From contig JBHGNT010000998.1 in the NCBI GenBank assembly GCA_043228905.1, positions 1 to 13,069 on the forward strand: a DNA stretch of 13,069 nucleotides, written 5' to 3'. How positions within the stretch are numbered: the first letter of the stretch is position 1; every line of letters starts with the position of its first letter. The notes under the pieces are model-generated. The model ran no database searches, had not been told where the DNA came from, and saw only the letters and a program-made list of their open reading frames with translations. The translations under genes and the position numbers were made by a program. Origin of the DNA: Azolla caroliniana. Its lineage: Eukaryota; Plantae; Polypodiophyta. Positions 1-6,418 of the stretch are shown in pieces.

Positions 1-1004
1 AAGTGTATGCCCACGTCGAGATCCTTACGCGACCATTTTTCATGCTTCCCACTTCGTCCATCTTTGTGGTTTCTTCTTATGTTAGAGTTCTCCATCGATG
101 CCTCAATCTTAATGATAGTGTCCACCTTCAAGTTGAATGTTACATCAATATCTTGAGGAATACCCTTCAAATCCTCTTGGCCCACTTGGCCCTCGTCTTT
201 TTTTGTTGTGCTTTGCTTGGAGTCTTTCCCCCACACATAAGCTTCGACCCTTGCTTCCTCGTCGTCACTGTCCTTCTCTTGGGTCTTACATCGGTTAATG
301 CCCAAGTCTCCAGAATGAGTGTGGAGAGATCCATATGTATTTGTCGGCCATGCCCCGACATCGTTATTTGCATCGGCTTGAACCTTTGCTTCCCCGCCAT
401 CACCTTCTGTCTCTTGGGTCTCACGTTGGCTTTGAACCACAATTGCCCAAGCCTCTAGAACATGTGCGAAGGAATCCATTTCTCTTTGGTCAATCGTCTT
501 CGACACCTTTGTCTTGATGTCATCTTTAACATTAGATTGGAACTACCCCTTGTTACCACCTTTTGTCTCTTGGGTCTTCTGTTGGTTCTCGGACGCAACT
601 GCCCAAGTCTCTGGAACCAGTGAGGGGAAAGTCTTGTCACTGCCATCATTCACCATCGACTCATCCATATCTATCTTCGCCTCGATGTGCACACCATCTT
701 GGTCCTTCCCCTTGCTACCACCTTCCATCTCTTGGGTCTCACGTTGGCTCTCTGCAACTGCCCAAGTCTCCGGAACTTGTGTGAAGGAATCCTCGACGTG
801 GCCATCTGCCATTAATTCTTCAATAGCCACCTCTGACTCGATGTCATTTTTCGTGGCTATCTCTTCAATCTCATGGGCCTCGTACCCATTGACCCTCTTG
901 ATCGAGCAAGCTTTGATTATGCTTTTCTCTTTGTCGCATGTATTCGTTTCGACCTTCGGCTCCTCGCCGACACCTTCCGTCTCTTGGGTCTCACGTTGGT
1001 TCTT
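1..1004 (-). pseudogene. Degenerate repetitive acidic/low-complexity reading frame (VPETWAV...QRETQE repeats), unknown origin, interrupted at 1004/1005
   Basis: By my manual translation the minus-strand frame containing ORF 543..830 is open from 1004 to the left window edge except for one TAG at 543-545. It reads KNQRETQETEG...DSFTQVPETWAVAESQRETQEMEGG...SLVPETWAVASENQQKTQETKGG...DSFAHVLEAWAIVVQSQRETQETEG...KTQEKDSDDEE. I do not recognise a domain. Confidence 0.5.
276..1004. repeat. Five dispersed degenerate direct repeats (core CTCTTGGGTC ... GCCCAAGTCTC)
   Basis: CTCTTGGGTC occurs at 276, 411, 567, 729 and 981 (spacings 135, 156, 162, 252, all multiples of 3). GCCCAAG follows at 300, 445, 601 and 760. 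The fifth copy is cut off at 1004. Confidence 0.85.
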
Positions 1005-1426
1005 TGTTGTCCGCCGGAATAGTAACGGACGGACAAGAGCACAGGAATAGGGAATAATATAGATTGTAATGCATATAACGGTTCACGGAGGAAGCGTGAA
1101 CGGCTAAAAGACCCTGCGTATATAAAGGGCAGAAAACCTCTGATAGAGGTAGCATGTAATTTTGGAATGTAAAGAAGCGTATCGTAATAGAATTCTATCT
1201 TCTTTGATATCTGTGTATAGCTATGACTAATCTACTGTGTGTCTGTAATACTTGAGAGTGTAGAAGTAAGCGATGTGAGTGTGTAGCCACTGTTAAGGAG
1301 TTTGGTTGTAGCCGTCTCCCTTATATGCTGCTAGGTTACGGGGAACATTCCCCTACGTATTACGCACAGATGCCACCGTTCGTTGTCTCACAGTCACTTG
1401 GAGGTCTAGGTCGAAGGACTGACCGA
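1005..1426 (+). mobile_element. LTR-like segment of a probable third retroelement (interrupted by the gypsy element)
   Basis: Begins with TGTTGT exactly where repeat copy 5 breaks off. Has TATATAAA at 1119-1126, a GT-rich downstream tract and candidate ends at ...TCTCACA (1392) or ...GTCA (1396). Composition differs from both neighbours. Alternative: it is the distal part of a longer (1005-2067) gypsy LTR. Confidence 0.45.
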
Positions 1427-2067
1427 TGTCGAGGTATTCCTCGTGGATGCGTGGAATGAGGCGGGACCTCGGGGGTCCTGTACCGAAGAGCAAGAGAGAA
1501 AGGAGAAGAGACCCACTGCGTGCGAGCGTAGATTCACAGGGACACGGCCCTTCGACACAAAGACGCGAGTGGGACAACGACACAGAGAGACACGAATGTA
1601 TGTATGTATTAACAAAGACAAACAATCAAAACACGAAGTCAGTTACAACCGAACAGGCCGGCGAACAGATGCCGTTGCCTGTTCGCAAACGCGCAGAAAG
1701 GAAGGAGAGGGTTAGAGGTGCTGCCGGAAGCACTCAGGCATTCCTCAGAGCAGCGCGAGCCTCATGAAACCTGCACAGAAAGAAGCTATGGAGTTTGCGA
1801 GCCAGAGAGAGAGAGAAGCCTTCGCCCACAAACCGACAGCACTTCGTCCTCGACTCTCCGCGATCCCTTCCTCTTCCTCGTCTCCCTCCTTTTATAGGCA
1901 AGAAGAGAGCCGTTTCCTATTAACTTCCTACCTACCGAATCTACCTACCTCGGATCTTCCATGTCCCTAATTCTCTCTTATGTACAACGTAAGGCGTACG
2001 TGCATGAAGAGCCGATTCCTATGCTCCAGCGCACCGATTCCGCTTGTGGACGGTTTTCTTCACGACA
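1427..2067 (-). repeat. 3' LTR of the gypsy element (~641 bp)
   Basis: On the minus strand it starts TGTCGTG at 2067, directly after the PPT-like tract, and ends CTCGACA at 1427 (terminal inverted repeat TGTCG/CGACA). TATAAAA at 1896-1890. The partner LTR is outside the window, so the distal end is inferred. Confidence 0.65.
1890..1896 (-). promoter_or_regulatory. Putative TATA box of the gypsy LTR
   Basis: GCCTATAAAAGGAGG on the minus strand, ~170 nt into the LTR. Confidence 0.55.
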
Positions 2068-2080
2068 TCCGCCCCCACCT
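2068..2080 (-). other. Polypurine-tract-like sequence of the gypsy element
   Basis: AGGTGGGGGCGGA abuts the TG start of the 3' LTR, ~60 nt after the pol stop. Imperfect (two pyrimidines). Confidence 0.65.
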
Positions 2081-2140
2081 AACCGCGCATCCACCGGCAT
2101 GCGCCAAATTGAGTTGGGATGGAGAAAACCAGTCCAACCT

Positions 2141-4015
2141 TCATTCCTCGCCCGTCGGTTCTTCCTCGGTTTCGGATTGTTCGTCGTCCTGGTCCAGGTT
2201 AACCGGATCCGGCTCGTCGTCGTGACGCTTCTTGAACGCTTTGATCCGTTTCCCAGCTACCGGTATCGCCATTCTCGTGCCGTCGAGTTCCGCCAGATGG
2301 TACGTCCCGTTGTCGTTGGCGCTTTGTACCACGTAAGGCCTGAACCACCTTCTTGCGAACTTCCGTGTCGCTCGGTGCTGGTTGTCGAGGCTGCTGTCGT
2401 AGACTAGCACCCAGTCACCTTCCTCGATCTTCTTCGGTTGGAGCCGGTGCGTCTGGTCGAACCGGGCTTTGTTCCTCGTCCTTGCCACCCGAAGCTTTTC
2501 CGCAGCCTGCTCCACGTCCTCCGGTCTTCGCTCGAGCTGCCGTATGCGCGCCGTCAACAGTTCCTCCCGGCTCATCTCGTCTCTCCAGTCCACGGTTGCC
2601 CATGAGGAGATCGTACGTTCCATTGGCATGATCGGCTTCTGCCCAAACATGAGCTCTGCCGGCATGAATCCGGTTACCGAACTGTGCGTAGTTCGGTCCG
2701 CCCACAACGCGTAAGGCAACAGCCGCGGCCAGTTCCCGACTTGACCTCCGCATGCCCGAACTAACGCCTTGACGATCGGTCTGTGTCCGCGCTCCACCTT
2801 CCCATTCGCCTCCGGATTGTATGCAGTGGTGAGCGAGAGCTTGACTCCTAGCCGGTCGAACAACTCCTCGGCCTCTTCGGCGTCCAACTCCCCGCGATCA
2901 GCCACGATCTTCCCGACGCACCTGTACCGACATATCACGTCCTCAATCAGGAACCGACATATGGCCGTGGTCATATTGTTCTGAAGGGCTCGGCCTTCCA
3001 CCTGATTCGTCAGATCTTCCCGAGCCAGGACCAGATACCGCATCTGTCCTACGCCCATCGGCATCGTCACCAGATCTACCATCCATTTGAAGTGGATGGT
3101 CGGAGGGTACGTAGGGTGAAGCTCGTCTTGATGCTGGACCATGGAGTGCATCTGACAGCTCTCGCAAGTTGTCACGAACCGATGCACGTCCCGGTACAGT
3201 CCCGACCACCAGTACTTCCCCTTTATCTTCTCGAACGTGGCCCACGTTCCATGGTGTCCAGCCCAAGGGCTGTCGTGGTAGGCCGTCAACAGCTCCTCCT
3301 GTTCTTCCTTCATCGCCACCACCCGGAGCAGGACGCCGTTCCTCTTCTTCGGGTACTTCCATAAGTATCCATCCCGGAGAAAGAATCGGTAAGCTTTCTT
3401 CCGGATCCGGTTGGCCTCGTCCTTCGTCCATGACGCATCCGGCGTCATCATCCTCAAAAATCCACCGATCTGGAGCCACTCACCGTCGTACTTGCTCTCG
3501 TCGAAGTCGTTAAGTGCTGGAGTGCTCGTCCCATCGGTCGTCACATACGCCGCCTCGAAGAAGTCCACGCCGACTTCTTCGTCCTCCGAAACCATGCCGC
3601 CCTCGTTATCAAACCTCGCCCTCGAAAGCATGTCGGCCATGGCGTTGTCCTTTCCGGAAATGTGCCGTATTTCCGGGTCCAGGGACTTGATGTACGCTAT
3701 CCACCTGAGCATCGCCAGGTCCAGTGTCGCGCATCCGGAAACCATGCCGAGAATTGGCAGGCAATCCGTCTCGATAATCACTTCTGTCCCGATCAGGTAG
3801 TCTTTGTCAGCCTTTACTGCCGAAACGATACCCCAGAGTTCGTGTTTAACCTGGGCGTACCCTCGCTGTCGCTCACTGAGGACCTTCGCGCCGAATCGGA
3901 TCGGGAACCGAATGCCGTCCTCGTCTTCTTGGTTGACGACCCATCCGATCCCGGTCGGACTCGTATCCACCGTTATGTATACCGGGGTACCCTTCTCGTA
4001 GACAGCCTTCCGGAG
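2141..4015 (-). pseudogene. pol: Gypsy pol, RNase H + integrase part
   Basis: RNase H: VDTSPTGIG, ELWGI, IETDCLP, HISGKDNAMADMLSR. Integrase: HDSPWAGH...CESC (HHCC), WMVDLV / VADRGE / GKVERGH (DDE), GDWVLVY..RWF(R)PYVV (GPY/F-like). The frame continues upstream of ORF 2141..3970 as LRKAVYEKGTPVYITVD. Confidence 0.93.
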
Positions 4016-5618
4016 CTTCCTTCAGCTTCCGGACCGACTCCGTGTGCTCGTCTCGCCACTCGAATTTTCGTCCCTTCTTCAGCAACCCGTATAGCGGCTC
4101 CGCAACGTGGGCGTAATGCGGGATCCATATGTGGTAAAACGCACACGCCCCTAGGAACCTCCGAACTTCCGTAATCGAGCTACAATCGGTCTTCATCGCG
4201 GAGATGGCTTCTACTTTTGCCGGAGACGGCTTCCAACCATACGGTCCACACAGGTGTCCGACCACCAGGATTTCTGATTGCCCGAAGGCCGATTTCTCCC
4301 CGGAGAAGGTGAGCCTCGCATCCTCTAGCCTTTGTAGCACCTTCTCGCAGTCGTCGATGTGTGTTGCCACGAAACGCCGGCATCCGTCCAGCCCGACTGT
4401 CTCATCCTTCTCTTCCACCGGGCACCCCTTTATCGGGATGTCGTCCAGAAATGGCATGGTGATGTCCGGGATGCAATCCCTCAGTACCTTGTTCATTGCA
4501 TTCACCATGTGGGCCACCGAGTTGGTCCCTCCTTGTGGCAGGGTACACATTCGCACTAGGCCGAGGGGAGTTCGCATCGTCGTAATGTCTCTGCTCTCCA
4601 CGGCTAGCTGGAACTGGTCGTACCCCGAGTACAGATCACCGACCGAGTAAATCGACCTTCCGGCGAAGGCCTCCGCGAACTCGTCTATGGTCGGTCCGAT
4701 TCCTGCGATCCGAATGGTCATTCTGTTGACCGGCTGCAGGTCCTGAATGAAGCGCAATGTTCCGTTTTTCTTTGGTACGGTAAACCATCGGTTCGAGTAT
4801 GGCGCGCTCGACGGTTCGAGAATACCCATATCGACTTTCTGCCTCAGTGGCTCCATCAACTCCAGGATGTGAGCTCTTGGTACCGGAATCGGCTTGAGAT
4901 TCCACGGCACATGCAGTACCGTGAATATCACCATCGGCTCCACGATCGTCGGGTCTACGCACCCGATCTCTTCCGGCGAGAATGCGAAGGCCTTTCCGTG
5001 CCTTTCGAGCATCCTCCGAAACCGGTCTTCCTCCGCCGGCAGTAGGAACCCGCCCCCACCGATTTTGAGCTCCCGGAGCGTTCCGTCGGTGAAGGTGTGT
5101 CTTATGCAGACCGGATCTCGCAAACTGGGGTCCGACGCAACCCCTCTGATCCGGGACTCGCTGCCCTCTGGTAAGGGTGCCGCGACTGGCCTTACCTTCC
5201 GGTCCACAGTCTTGTACTTCGTGCTAACTTGGGCCGTCCGATCCGACCCGAGCCCCCGACTGAAGTTCGCGATGACTTCGTACATCTCTTCGGAACATAC
5301 CGGTATCGTCCGGTCTTCGTTAAGGTCTTCTCCGGCTACCTCCCTCAGCATTCCCAAGGTGTCGTCGAAGGAGACTGCCTCCACAGCTCCGCTGATTTCT
5401 TCGTCTGGGCCGAGAACTCCGCACGCTCGAAGTCGCACTTCCACCCTTGTCTTTTCTCGGCCAACGATGCCGACTATCATACACCCTCCATTGTTGGAGA
5501 AGCAAAACTTCCTACCTATCGTACAGGGTTCCTTCGGTTTCGGTTCTATCGTACAGTCGTGGGGTTTTTCCCGAGTGTCCGGGCTGTCTCGGCCCCATGC
5601 CTTGGCAGCCCTCTCTAA
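4016..5618 (-). pseudogene. pol: Gypsy pol, N-terminal linker + reverse transcriptase
   Basis: KYKTVDRKVRPV, APYSNRWFTVPKKNGTLRFIQDLQPVN, DLYSGYDQF, LPQGGTNS, PFLDD (FLDD at 4440-4451), VRRFLG. The frame is open upstream of Met 5480 through the slippery site at 5618-5624. It is out of frame with RNase H at ~4015/4016. Confidence 0.93.
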
Positions 5619-5624
5619 AAATCC
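5560..5624 (-). promoter_or_regulatory. Predicted -1 programmed ribosomal frameshift cassette (G_GAU_UUU + 6-nt spacer + H-type pseudoknot)
   Basis: The Gag-PR frame ends GAG GAT TTT TAG and pol is exactly the -1 frame and open. Downstream stems are GGGCTG/CAGCCC and CCGAG/CTCGG. Confidence 0.75.
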
Positions 5625-5776
5625 TCCCGGTTCTCGCCACCGAGGGATTCCCGGTTTCTCTCGTGGTTTGGCCGCACCGTCAGAAATTGAACCGAATGGC
5701 GCCCGTCCTGGCTTTTGACCCTCGCGTAGGCCGAACCGTTGTCCAGCACCTTGGTCTCCATTCGTGCCGCTGTGAT
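5615..5776 (-). pseudogene. C-terminal part of the gypsy Gag-protease ORF (downstream of the copia insertion)
   Basis: ITAARMETKVLDNGSAYARVKSQDGRHSVQFLTVRPNHERNRESLGGENREDF* joins in frame to ...HPIILGEPY (ending at 11109) once the copia and one TSD copy are removed. Confidence 0.9.
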
Positions 5777-5781
5777 GTACG
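5777..5781 (+). repeat. Target-site duplication GTACG (left copy)
   Basis: GTACG immediately before the TG of the 5' LTR; identical to 11109-11113. Confidence 0.97.
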
Positions 5782-6388
5782 TGTTGGGATTACGGTCCCT
5801 TCGGATGGGATGGTCGGATGTCAGAGATGAATGCCAACAAGTCCGGTTTCGGTTTCGGAACCGGATGATGAAGACCCCGGCTTCGGAGCCGGATGACGAA
5901 TGTACCCGGAGAGAGATCCGGATGCGGGGACATATCCGTGAATATGTTTGCCAAGGGCCCTTGAGGCTATAGTTGTAAATAGCCCCAAAGTCATATGTGT
6001 ATAAATATGACTTAGGGCAAACAGTTTTAATGTTGCTTCTCATTTTTTTCTGTTTTTCCACTCAAGAGGAGTGAAGAGAGAGCAGCCGTGAGAGAGATAG
6101 AGCGTGAGAGAGAAAGAGGTCGACGCCTCTGTGTATTTCCGCCGCCTGTGGCGAGGACAGCGAGCTCAAGGTCGTCGCCTTGAAGCTCGCCATTGTATAT
6201 TTCTCTGTGCATAGTTTTTTTGGTTTGGAGTCTTGTACTCCCGTGGTTTTTCCCGTACAGGGTTTTCCACGTTAAATCGTGTGTCCACTCTATTTTTCGC
6301 ATTTCCCATTTTCTGCAACAACGATTCGTGTGTTTCCTTGGTTGTGGCCGAGAGGTGAAGTTTGGAAAGTGTCGATTAATTTCCAACA
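5782..6388 (+). repeat. Copia 5' LTR (607 bp)
   Basis: TGTTGG...CCAACA; near-identical to 10503-11108. Confidence 0.98.
6000..6007 (+). promoter_or_regulatory. Putative TATA box of the copia 5' LTR
   Basis: TATAAATA ~220 nt into the LTR, following a GC-rich U3-like region. Confidence 0.7.
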
Positions 6389-6391
6389 ATT

Positions 6392-6403
6392 TGGTATCAG
6401 AGC
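6392..6403 (+). other. Primer-binding site for initiator tRNA-Met
   Basis: TGGTATCAGAGC, 3 nt after the 5' LTR; the canonical plant tRNA-iMet PBS. Confidence 0.97.
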
Positions 6404-6418
6404 GAACTGCTGCAGAAA

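Noticed and set aside
276-1004. Partly palindromic repeats with variable spacers resembling a CRISPR array
   Set aside because: The repeats are divergent, spacing is 135-252 bp and codon-phased, there are no cas genes and the context is eukaryotic retrotransposons.
1005-1392. Solo LTR
   Set aside because: The flanks (TTCTT vs GTCAC) do not form a TSD, and the interrupted repeat does not resume after 1392.
2141-2260. Chromodomain or env-like ORF after the gypsy integrase
   Set aside because: The C-terminus is a short acidic tail followed almost directly by the PPT and LTR.
5516-5575. Short matches between the gypsy linker and the copia LTR (CGTACAGGGTT, GGTTTTTCCCG, CGGTTTCGGTT) as homology-guided targeting; also an 11-bp direct repeat CTATCGTACAG
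   Set aside because: The matches are ~11 bp, non-collinear and ~200 bp from the insertion site. Integrase insertion with a clean TSD needs no homology.
4894-5718. 274-aa plus-strand ORF, and similar ones (514..1050, 11339..12169, 9067..9705, 9580..10215)
   Set aside because: These are antisense or alternative-frame shadows of GC-rich coding sequence with no recognisable domains.
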